Shown here: piece by piece, positions 9,646-17,121 of the stretch
Numbering within the stretch: the first letter of the stretch is position 1
Layout of the letters: every line of letters starts with the position of its first letter
Origin: Candidatus Palauibacter australiensis
GTDB lineage: Bacteria > Gemmatimonadota > Gemmatimonadetes > Palauibacterales > Palauibacteraceae
Length of the DNA: 64,000 nt
NCBI GenBank assembly: GCA_026705295.1
Contig: JAPPBA010000136.1
Span: 961 to 64,960, forward strand
Direction of reading: 5' to 3'
Program-made: the position numbers and the translations under genes
Notes under the pieces: generated by a model
What the model saw: only the letters and a program-made list of their open reading frames with translations
The model's database searches: none
What the model was told of the DNA's origin: nothing

Positions 9646-9841
9646 GAGATCTCCCTCTCTGGTTTACAGGTTGGGTCGGTGTCACAGGACGGAATCGTTT
9701 CCGGCGAACGCCGCACGCGTTGCACGCGTCGAGTTGCTGCCCCGGTTTACCGCGAATCGGGGCGTTCCCGCGGGAACGTTGGGGACGGTTCGCCGCCGTC
9801 CGCCCTCGATCTCTTCGGCCACCGCGGCGCATTGCTCGAGA

Positions 9842-10267
9842 TCACGCCGTATCCGTGCCGGTGTCGGGTGGTGCGATGCCGAGCACGGAACCCTCCAATC
9901 GGGCCACCGCCATGCGCGTCCTGGTCAGCTCCGCAACGACCGCGTCGATGCGGCCACCAAGTTCCTCGCGAACGCTCGCGATCTCCTCGCGCACGCTCGC
10001 GCGCAGGCTCCCGATCTCCTCGTTCACGCTCGCGCGCAGGCTCCCGATCTCCTCGCGCACGCTCCCGATCTCCTCGTTCACGCTCGCGCGCAAGGTCCCG
10101 ATCTCCCCGCGCACGCCCTGGATCTCGCTCCGAAGCTCGTCCCGCAGCTCGCCGCTCGTGCGGTCGATCTTCTCTTCGAGCTTGCGCGTACGGCCGGCCA
10201 CCGCCAATCCCACGACGACGATGGTCAACCATAGGGTTACGAGTCCGATGATCACGTACAGCTCCAT
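9842..10267 (-). CDS. membrane-anchored coiled-coil protein with 11/7-residue repeats
   Basis: Internal ATG at 10267 gives MELYVIIGLVTLWLTIVVVGLAVAG (N-terminal TM helix). It is followed by EIGTLRASVNEEIGSVREEIGSLRASVNEEIGSLRASVREEIASVREEL. The upstream 22 codons of ORF 9842..10333 look non-coding. Confidence 0.6.
   Translation of the reverse strand: MELYVIIGLVTLWLTIVVVGLAVAGRTRKLEEKIDRTSGELRDELRSEIQGVRGEIGTLRASVNEEIGSVREEIGSLRASVNEEIGSLRASVREEIASVREELGGRIDAVVAELTRTRMAVARLEGSVLGIAPPDTGTDTA
9980..10120 (-). repeat. in-frame tandem 33-nt / 21-nt DNA repeats inside the coiled-coil gene
   Basis: Units GATCTCCTCG(C/T)(G/T)CACGCTCGCGCGCAGGCTCCC at 9980-10012, 10013-10045 and 10067-10099 (33 nt). 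Truncated 21-nt units at 10046-10066 and 10100-10120. They encode EEIGSLRASVN (11 aa) and EEIGSVR (7 aa) units. Confidence 0.85.
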
Positions 10268-10378
10268 CCCTTGACGACTCCCCGTTGAAGGTCTCGCGTG
10301 GCCTGCGGCGCCCTGGCCGCGGCCTCCATCCACGCGAACCTCCGCCTCCCGATCAAGGTGGTATCAAGAGGCGATCCG

Positions 10379-11683
10379 TCAGGCGGGGATGCCGTGCTTC
10401 ACCGCGCGGGTCATCGCGTCGACGAAGCGGTCGAGTTCCTCGAGCGTCGTATAGGTGGACGGCGAGATGCGGAGCCCCGTGAACTCCGCGTGGTTGATGC
10501 CGACCGTGAAGATCCGGTGCTCGTTCCACAGCCAGTTGCGGAGCGCGCTCGTGTCGATGCCCTCGACCTGGACGTTGGCGATCCCGCACGCGAAGCCCGG
10601 CTTGAGGCTCGTGTTGAGCCGCACGCGGTCGTGCTCTAGGAGTTGCTCGGCCCAGTAGTTCCGCAGGTGGACGAGACGCGCCTCCTTGCGCTCGCCGCCG
10701 ACGAGCTGGTGGAAGGTGAGCGCTTCGCCGATGGCGAGGAAGTTGGCCTCCGGGTGGGTGCCGATCGCCTCGAACTTCCGGATGTCGTCGTCGCGGCTTT
10801 CCGCCGCGGCCTGCAGCGGCCAGATCTCGGGGATCTTCTCCCGCCTCACGTAGAGGAGTCCGGTGCCGACCGGGGCGTGCAGCCACTTGTGCAGGCTGAC
10901 GGCGTAGTTGTCGCAGTTCAACTCGGAGAGGGTAAAGTCGTGATGTGCAAGTGAATGTGCGCCGTCGACGAGGACGGGGATGCCGTAGCCGCGCGCCATC
11001 TCCACGACCTCGCGCACGGGGAGGATCTGTCCGGTGATGTTGATCATGTGGCACATCAGGATGAGCCGCGTGCGGTCGGTGATCTGCTCCTCGAACAGCC
11101 GCACGATTTCGGCTGGATCCTCGGCCGGGACCGGGATCTTGAACTGCTTCATGACGATCCCCTCGCGGCGCTCGCGCTGCTGGAAGGTCGTGATCATGCG
11201 CCCGTAGTCCTGGGTCGTCGTCACGACTTCGTCGCCGCGCTCCAGGTCATACCCGTTCTGGAGGATCTGGAGGCCCTCGGACGCGTTGCGCGTGATCGCG
11301 ACTTCCTCGGGGTCCACGTCCCACTGCCGGGCGAGCCGGGCGCGGACGCCCTCCCGCTGCGGCTCGAGGATCTGCCACCCGTTGTAGACCGGGATCTGGT
11401 TCGCGAAGTCGAGGTCCCGCTTCATCGCCTCGAGCACGTGGGCGGGCGTCGGGCTCACGCCTCCGTTGTTGAGGTTGACGAGGGAACGGTCGGTGGTGAA
11501 CGCCTTCTGGATCTCGATCCAGAACTCCTCGTCCCGCGCGATCTCCTCCGGGGAGCCGGGCGTGCGGGACAGGTCGCGGGCCGCCGCGACTGCGGTGCTC
11601 CACTTCGTGGGAACGACGGTCATGGCTCCGGCTGCAGCGGCGGAGCCCCCGAGGCGGGCGAGGAATCGTCGGCGGGTAGGCAT
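10379..11683 (-). CDS. Tat-exported class-V aminotransferase-fold PLP enzyme (cysteine desulfurase / isopenicillin-N epimerase-like)
   Basis: 434 aa. Twin-arginine signal MPTRRRFLARLGGSAAAAGA. PLP-lysine context AVSLHKWLHAPVGTGLLY typical of class V aminotransferases. AGGAGG lies 5 nt upstream of ATG 11683. Confidence 0.85.
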   Translation of the reverse strand: MPTRRRFLARLGGSAAAAGAMTVVPTKWSTAVAAARDLSRTPGSPEEIARDEEFWIEIQKAFTTDRSLVNLNNGGVSPTPAHVLEAMKRDLDFANQIPVYNGWQILEPQREGVRARLARQWDVDPEEVAITRNASEGLQILQNGYDLERGDEVVTTTQDYGRMITTFQQRERREGIVMKQFKIPVPAEDPAEIVRLFEEQITDRTRLILMCHMINITGQILPVREVVEMARGYGIPVLVDGAHSLAHHDFTLSELNCDNYAVSLHKWLHAPVGTGLLYVRREKIPEIWPLQAAAESRDDDIRKFEAIGTHPEANFLAIGEALTFHQLVGGERKEARLVHLRNYWAEQLLEHDRVRLNTSLKPGFACGIANVQVEGIDTSALRNWLWNEHRIFTVGINHAEFTGLRISPSTYTTLEELDRFVDAMTRAVKHGIPA

Positions 11684-11785
11684 GCGGCCTCCTGGCTGGT
11701 TCTTACCGGTCCGGCTGCTGCCAATTGGGCCGTTTTCGGCGTCGCGAGCAAGTCCGGCGCCCGCCGTGCCCCCGGCCTCGAGGCG

Positions 11786-12349
11786 TCAGTCCGGCGCCGT
11801 GATCATGGCGAGGATCGGGTCGATCGCCTCGTCCGCCAGCGATTCGAGTTCCGCCGCGGTGCGGTTCTGGATCGGGTGCGGGACCCAGACGATGCCGGGC
11901 TCGAAGCCGAGCGAGCGCGACTGGCTGCGCGCGGCCTCCTCGAACTCCGTCGTGACGACGAAGCAGCCGGGGATCCCGCGTTCGTCGAGGTCTCTGAGGT
12001 CGTGCAGACCGCACGACGTGCAGGACCCTCAGTCGGCTAAGGCCTGCACCACCACATCGGCCTCCGTGGCGATCCTCTGCAGCAACCCGGTCGGCGCCCG
12101 CCGCGCGTTCGTCGGCTTGTCCGTGCGGATCGTCGCGATGCCTCGCGCTTCGAGGCGCGCCTTCACGTGGTCGAGGAACTCGTCGCTGCGCTGCTTGCCG
12201 ATCCCCTGGAGCGCGACCACGCGTCCTTCGAGAGATGGGGGAGGCGTGCGTCGAGGGCGCATCTCGGAGGCGAGTTCGGAAGTGGGGTCGTGCAGGACGG
12301 TCGTTCGCGCCGCCGGGGTTGCCGGGCTCGCCGGAGTCGAAGCGGTCAT
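11786..12349 (-). CDS. predicted selenoprotein with U-G-S-C motif (in-frame UGA at 12031-12029 read as Sec), 187 aa
   Basis: ATG 12349 overlaps the upstream stop (ATGA). 106 codons (...ATEADVVVQALAD) run to TGA at 12029-12031. The same frame then stays open for 80 codons (GSCTSCGLHDLRDLDERGIPGCFVVTTEFEEAARSQSRSLGFEPGIVWVPHPIQNRTAAELESLADEAIDPILAMITAPD) to TGA 11786-11788. About 75 of those 80 codons end in G/C. No usable start codon exists for an independent gene. A SECIS-like hairpin lies 11 nt after the UGA. Confidence 0.7.
11996..12020 (-). promoter_or_regulatory. SECIS-like recoding hairpin downstream of the in-frame UGA
   Basis: mRNA reads UGA-GGGUCCUGCAC-GUCGUGC-GGUCU-GCACGAC. There is a perfect 7-bp stem (12017-12011 with 12005-11999) and loop GGUCU. 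It is extendable by A-U and G-C pairs across one C.C mismatch (12020/11996). The 11-nt spacing and GGUCUGCAC loop/stem resemble the E. coli fdhF SECIS as I recall it. Confidence 0.55.
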
Positions 12350-13797
12350 GTCTCGATCTCTCTGGTGATGGGGTGTGAGTGCTGCCAGGCGCGGCCGCCG
12401 GGCCAGCCGGCCAGGATGGCGGAGTACAGTCCGGCCGCGCCGCCGGCCCGGGCGAGGAGCAGTCCCCCGGGCGGGAACTTGGGCACCCGGCGGCGCGCCT
12501 CCGAGTCCGGCACGCCCTCCGCGAGGCCTCCCGCGCCGCGCGCCACCTCGCTCAGCGGCCGCGTCGTCGCCTCGAGCAGCGCCTCGGTGATCCGCGCCCG
12601 GCCCCAGCCCGCTTCCCGGTAGATGCCGTAATGCTCGGGGGAGAGGAGGAGCACCGCGTGCGCCCACTCGCAGATCTTCGGGTGGCAAACGGCCAGCAGG
12701 CACGCGGCCAGGGACGCGGTCAGCTCCTCCGGCGTGCGCGAGCGCTGGTCCATGATCCCCTGCACGCCCTCGCCCTGGAAGAGGGTGACGGCGCTGGCCC
12801 CGCGCGGGAGGCCGCGCGAAACCGCGAGCGGCTCCCACTCCTCGTCCGATTCGTCCTCCGCGAAACAGAACGTGTACTTGCTCGGCGCGCCGAAGGTCGC
12901 GCGGTCGATCTCGCCGGGGCGGCCGCCGCCCACGTTGCGCACGATCAGGTTGAGGGCGCGCCCGATGGTCGCGTTGGCGCGGTTTCCCTGGCCGAGGACG
13001 TTGAGTCCCGCGTTCATCCCGATGCGGCGGGCGACGGGGCCGTTGACGATGATGAGAGGAGACGTGAAGCACGTGCTGCACAGGATCCCGTGCAGCGTGA
13101 AGCCGGGGTCGAGCGCCGCCTCGAGCGCCGCGAGCAGGACCGGCATGTACTCCGGCTTGCAGCCGGCGAGCACGGCGTTGATCGCGACCTTTTCCACCGT
13201 GCACTCCGCGTAGTCCGGCGGCACGGCCCCCACGACCTCGTCCGCAGCCCGGGGCGTGCCCGCGAGCATGCGCAGGATCCGCTCCGGGGTCGGCGGAACG
13301 ACGGGCAGCCCGTCCGTCCACCCGCGCTCGAAGCATGCCTCCAGGGCGTCCGCATGCGGTTCCAGCGCCACCTGCCGCGCTTCGATGCCGGTCTCCCCGA
13401 AGCGCGCCCGCAGCCGCTCCGCCGCGCCGGGTTCGACGGACCGCGAACCGCAGCCCGGCCGGAGCTCGGGCAGTTCCGCGCCCAGATCCGGCGTCGACGT
13501 CAGCTCGCGCCACTCGGCCCGGTTCCAGCCCACCACGCGGCCCGCCTCCTTCCCGTCCTCGAAGCGCACGAGCGTGGGGACCGTCTCGATCCCGAGGCGG
13601 AAGGAGTGTTCGAGTTCCGTGTCGTCGACCACACCGGAAAGCGCCGCGGGAAAGTCCGGATCGTCCTGGCTGAAGACGGCGAGCCCTCCGGGACGGCTCG
13701 CGAGCCGTTCGAGCACGGGTTCGACCAGCCGGCACGTGGGACAGTCGCGCTTCACGACGGCCGCGAGCCCCTCCTGCGGGAGCGGAACGTGTTCCAT
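12346..13797 (-). CDS. thioredoxin-fold domain fused to a ~350-aa uncharacterised domain (partner of the selenoprotein)
   Basis: ORF 12346..13854. ATG 13797 gives MEHVPLPQEGLAAVVKRDCPTCRLVEP...IETVPTLVRFEDGKEAGRVVGW (CxxC plus cis-Pro VPT thioredoxin signature). An alternative GTG start lies at 13854. The C-terminal domain has ERGWTDGLPVVPPT and a second CxxC (LCSTCF). Its stop overlaps the selenoprotein start. Confidence 0.75.
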   Translation of the reverse strand: MEHVPLPQEGLAAVVKRDCPTCRLVEPVLERLASRPGGLAVFSQDDPDFPAALSGVVDDTELEHSFRLGIETVPTLVRFEDGKEAGRVVGWNRAEWRELTSTPDLGAELPELRPGCGSRSVEPGAAERLRARFGETGIEARQVALEPHADALEACFERGWTDGLPVVPPTPERILRMLAGTPRAADEVVGAVPPDYAECTVEKVAINAVLAGCKPEYMPVLLAALEAALDPGFTLHGILCSTCFTSPLIIVNGPVARRIGMNAGLNVLGQGNRANATIGRALNLIVRNVGGGRPGEIDRATFGAPSKYTFCFAEDESDEEWEPLAVSRGLPRGASAVTLFQGEGVQGIMDQRSRTPEELTASLAACLLAVCHPKICEWAHAVLLLSPEHYGIYREAGWGRARITEALLEATTRPLSEVARGAGGLAEGVPDSEARRRVPKFPPGGLLLARAGGAAGLYSAILAGWPGGRAWQHSHPITREIET

Positions 13798-13863
13798 GCC
13801 GCAACTTCTCGGCCGGACCCGGTGCGGGCAACGAGCACCACAAAGTGTCGTCACGACGACCGA

Positions 13864-13891
13864 AGTAGTTATGCGGCGTAGTAGTTATGCG
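13864..13891. promoter_or_regulatory. 12-bp direct repeat (AGTAGTTATGCG x2) in divergent promoter region
   Basis: AGTAGTTATGCG occurs at 13864-13875 and again at 13880-13891 (16-bp period). The patch is AT-richer and lies between the Trx-fusion/selenoprotein operon (-) and the LuxR gene (+, ATG 13963). Confidence 0.35.
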
Positions 13892-13962
13892 ACCAGCCGG
13901 ATTCCGGCCGTGGCGCAGCTTGTTCCACGCCGCGTTTTCTCTCCCAAAATTGGTGGTGTTCC

Positions 13963-15171
13963 GTGGACGCCCCATGGCCCATTCTGGGAGCCGCCGGAAT
14001 GGAGAGGACGGGAAGACGGAAAATTGATTCGCAGGACAGGTTCGAGCGCACCGTGGCGTCGTTGTACGGCGCCGCGCTGGACGATGGGGCGTGGGTCTCG
14101 GCGGCCGGGGCGATCAACGACCTGCTCCGGATCAGCGGCCACGGCCTGACGTTCGCGGATCCGTGCCAGACCGAGCCCGAGATCTTCTTCAACCGGTTCT
14201 TCGTCGGCGCGGAACACCGGATGGACCTGGAGCTCCTGTATTTTCGCGACTGCTACTGGCGCGATGAAGCGATTCCGCGGCTCTACGCACTCGGCGACGG
14301 CGATTTCGTCTACCGGTCGGAACTCTATACCGACCGGGAGAAGGAGACGTCTCCCGCGTACAACGAGTTCCGGCACATCGCGAAGTCGCAGGACGGGCTC
14401 TTCCTCGCGCTCGACGGGCTGGACGGCTGCGGCGTCGTCTGGTCCATCGGCGACTCCGTCGAACGGGGAGGCTGGGGGCAGGATCAGATCCGGGCCATCC
14501 GCCGACTCGCGCCTCATCTGCGCCAGTTCGCGCGCATCCGTCGTGCGCTGGCCGATGCCAGGGCGCTGGGCGCGTCGCTTGCCGAGCTACTGGAAAGCGG
14601 GCGGTCGGGGGTCATCCAGCTGGACCGCCGCGGACGCATCCTGGAGGCGAACGACCGGGCCCGGGCCGTCCTGGCGAAACGCGACGAGCTCCGCGACGAG
14701 GGCGGCGTGCTCGCGGTCGGAACTCAGACGGAGCACGCGGAACTGCAGCACCTGCTCGCGCGCGCGCTGCCCGTTTACGGCGCCCGGGGGGCCGGCGGCA
14801 CGATGAAGATCACGCGCCGCCGTGCCGGGACGCCGCTGGTCCTTGAAATCCACCCCGTCCAGAAGACGGGTACGGACGCTCGTTCGTGGGAGGTCGGCGC
14901 GCTGGCGCTGATCGTCGACCCGATCGCCCGTCCCCGGGTGGATCCCGGCTTGCCGGCGATGGCCTGGGGGTTGACGCCTGCGGAGAGCCGTGTGGCGGTG
15001 GCGGTGGCGACCGGCCAGACGCCAGCCGGCGTCGCGGCCGAACTGGGGTGCGCGGAGAGCATCGTGCGCACACACCTGAAGCGGGTCTACCGCAAGCTCG
15101 GAGTCCGCAGGCAGACCGAACTCGTGCGCAGGGTTCTGTCGCTCGAAGCCCTGCGGGGATCCTTCCGCTAG
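13963..15171 (+). CDS. LuxR-family helix-turn-helix transcriptional regulator
   Basis: 402 aa. The C-terminal LTPAESRVAVAVATGQTPAGVAAELGCAESIVRTHLKRVYRKLGVRRQTELV matches the LuxR/GerE-type HTH. The N-terminal sensor region is not recognisable. Confidence 0.8.
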   Translation: MDAPWPILGAAGMERTGRRKIDSQDRFERTVASLYGAALDDGAWVSAAGAINDLLRISGHGLTFADPCQTEPEIFFNRFFVGAEHRMDLELLYFRDCYWRDEAIPRLYALGDGDFVYRSELYTDREKETSPAYNEFRHIAKSQDGLFLALDGLDGCGVVWSIGDSVERGGWGQDQIRAIRRLAPHLRQFARIRRALADARALGASLAELLESGRSGVIQLDRRGRILEANDRARAVLAKRDELRDEGGVLAVGTQTEHAELQHLLARALPVYGARGAGGTMKITRRRAGTPLVLEIHPVQKTGTDARSWEVGALALIVDPIARPRVDPGLPAMAWGLTPAESRVAVAVATGQTPAGVAAELGCAESIVRTHLKRVYRKLGVRRQTELVRRVLSLEALRGSFR

Positions 15172-15359
15172 TCGGCAAGCCGCCGCAGGGGCTTCGTCAG
15201 CCTCCGAGCGGGATCACGACCCTATGGCAGAGAGTCGATCCGCCATCGGAGCGTGTCCGGGCACTGCGCGGGCGTTGACCGGGTGGGGGACTGAACGGAG
15301 ATTTGTGCAGGCGTGTTGTGAAGGGATGTGAAGGTGATATGCAGGGTTTGTTGCGCCGC

Positions 15360-15389
15360 GATGGACCTGCGATGGACCCGTGATGGACC
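15360..15389. promoter_or_regulatory. three direct GATGGACC repeats at 11-bp spacing upstream of the amidohydrolase operon
   Basis: GATGGACC at 15360-15367, 15371-15378 and 15382-15389, which is 23-52 nt upstream of ATG 15412. Upstream there is also TGTGAAGG x2 at 15317-15324 and 15327-15334. Confidence 0.3.
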
Positions 15390-15411
15390 CTCGGGGAAGG
15401 ATGTATCTCTC

Positions 15412-17121
15412 ATGAACCGCACCGCACTCGCGCGCCGGCTGGCGGGCGGGGTCGTTCCGGGGCTGCTCCTCGCGTCGCTGTCGGGCCTTGCCGCTCCGGC
15501 GCCCGCCGACGCGCAGTACATGCCGAGCCAGGCCCCGGTGCCTCCCCCGTTCTTCGCCCTCCAGAACGCGCGCATCGTGACCGGCACGGGCGCCGTGATC
15601 GAGAACGGCACCGTCGTCATCGCCAACGGCCTCATCGAGGCGGTCGGAGCCGATGTCGAAGTCCCCGGCGACGCATGGCTGATCGACGTCTCGGGCCTGA
15701 CCGTCTACCCCGGCCTGTTCGACGGGCTGTCCCGGATCGGGATGGCCTCGCAGGTGGGGAATCCGGGCGGCGGGGGAGGCAACCCCTTCGCCGCGTTTGT
15801 CGAGCAGGCGAACCAGCCCCGCACCGTGGGGCCCGAGGACCGTCCGGCGACGAACTCCTGGGTCAACGCGGCCGACATGCTGGACCCGGATTCCGACGAC
15901 ATCGAGACGTGGCGGAGCGGCGGGTTCACGAACGCGCTCGTGGCGCCCGATGACGGGATCGTGACGGGGCAGGGCGTCGTGGTGAACCTCGCGGGCGACG
16001 AGCAGGAGATGGTCGTGAAGGCGCCCGCCGCTCTCCGCGTGACGATGAGCGGAGCCGGAGGGTTCCGGAGCTTCCCGGGTTCCCTCATGGGCGTCATCGC
16101 CTACATCCGGCAACTGTACCTGGACGCGGATCACAGCCAGCAGTACGAGGCGCGCTACACGGCCAACCCGAGCGGCCAGCCGCGGCCCACCTACGACCGG
16201 GCGCTCGGTCCGATCCAGGACGCGATCGCCGCGGGGTGGCCGACCGTGATGCCGGCGAACGAGGTGCGGCAGATCCGGCGCGCGATCAAGCTCGGGCGCG
16301 ACACCGGCGCGCGGCCGGTCCTCCAGGGCGCGCACGAGGCGTACGGACTCGCCGGCGAGATCGCGGCGGCCGGCGCCCAGGTGCTCGTGAACGCCGATTG
16401 GCCGGAGCGGAACCGCGATGCGGATCCGGAAGCCGACGAATCGCTCTCGTCGCTGAAGCGCCGCGCCTATGCGCCGACGACGCCGGCCCGGCTCGAGGAG
16501 GCGGGCGTCGAATGGGCCTTCTACAGCGGCTCGGCCGGGAGCCCCCGCGCCATGATGGAGAAGGTGCGGACGGCGATCGAGAACGGACTCTCCGAGGAGG
16601 CGGCGCTGGAGGCGCTCACCGTCGCGCCCGCCCGCATCTACGGCGTGGACGCGATGCTCGGCTCCGTCGAGGCGGGCAAGATCGCGAACCTCGTCGTGAC
16701 CGACGGCCCGCTGTTCGACGAGGACACCGACATCCGCATGGTGTTCGTCGACGGCCACAGGTTCGAGGAGGAAGCACCGGAGCCGCGGCCGACGGAGCCC
16801 CCGGCGGTCGACATGAACGGCACCTGGCTCCTCTCCCTGAACAACGACTCGCAGGAGGCGACGGCTGAACTCGAGGTGTCGGAGGACGGCACGATTTCCG
16901 GCGTCATCCAGGGCGAGCGCGGGGAGCAGCAGATCACCGACGGCTGGGTGAGCGGCAACGAGTTCAGCATTACGGCCTCGGCCACGATGGGGCCGGGCAT
17001 GGACGTGGAGATCGTCTACACCGGCACCGTCGAGGGCGATGCGATCGAGGGGAACGCTTCCTTCGGAGGCATGCGCAACATGGACTTCACGGGCACGAGG
17101 CCCGGGGGAGGTGTCCGATGA
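15412..17121 (+). CDS. amidohydrolase-family protein, secreted (HxH motif degenerate)
   Basis: Internal ATG 15412 gives MNRTALARRLAGGVVPGLLLASLSGLAAPAPADAQ (signal peptide). Homologous in layout to the next two genes (IVIANGLIEAVG...GLTVYPGLFDGLSRIG), but the canonical metal-binding H-x-H is replaced by G-L-S. Confidence 0.75.
   Translation: MNRTALARRLAGGVVPGLLLASLSGLAAPAPADAQYMPSQAPVPPPFFALQNARIVTGTGAVIENGTVVIANGLIEAVGADVEVPGDAWLIDVSGLTVYPGLFDGLSRIGMASQVGNPGGGGGNPFAAFVEQANQPRTVGPEDRPATNSWVNAADMLDPDSDDIETWRSGGFTNALVAPDDGIVTGQGVVVNLAGDEQEMVVKAPAALRVTMSGAGGFRSFPGSLMGVIAYIRQLYLDADHSQQYEARYTANPSGQPRPTYDRALGPIQDAIAAGWPTVMPANEVRQIRRAIKLGRDTGARPVLQGAHEAYGLAGEIAAAGAQVLVNADWPERNRDADPEADESLSSLKRRAYAPTTPARLEEAGVEWAFYSGSAGSPRAMMEKVRTAIENGLSEEAALEALTVAPARIYGVDAMLGSVEAGKIANLVVTDGPLFDEDTDIRMVFVDGHRFEEEAPEPRPTEPPAVDMNGTWLLSLNNDSQEATAELEVSEDGTISGVIQGERGEQQITDGWVSGNEFSITASATMGPGMDVEIVYTGTVEGDAIEGNASFGGMRNMDFTGTRPGGGVR

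Noticed and set aside
9646-9841. Possible glycine riboswitch upstream of the GcvT-family gene
   Set aside because: I looked for the conserved glycine-riboswitch cores (GGAGAG...CACCG and ACCGAAGGGGCAA-like elements) on the minus strand and did not find them. Only generic palindromes are present.
9980-10120. Regularly spaced ~33-nt repeats that could be mistaken for a CRISPR array
   Set aside because: The units are contiguous with no spacers. They are in frame inside a coding sequence and translate to a coiled-coil repeat.
11703-12014. 103-aa minus-strand ORF in the gap downstream of the TGA
   Set aside because: It is in the wrong frame, with an RPRRTRDPRLLRR-type composition. The real coding frame here is the UGA read-through frame, which the track cannot report.
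12350-13975. Upstream 540 codons of the 648-aa minus-strand ORF 12029..13975
   Set aside because: It is off-frame and overlaps the thioredoxin-fusion gene, and the sequence is Arg/Gly/Pro-rich nonsense. Only the last 106 codons (from ATG 12349) look like real protein and belong to the selenoprotein.
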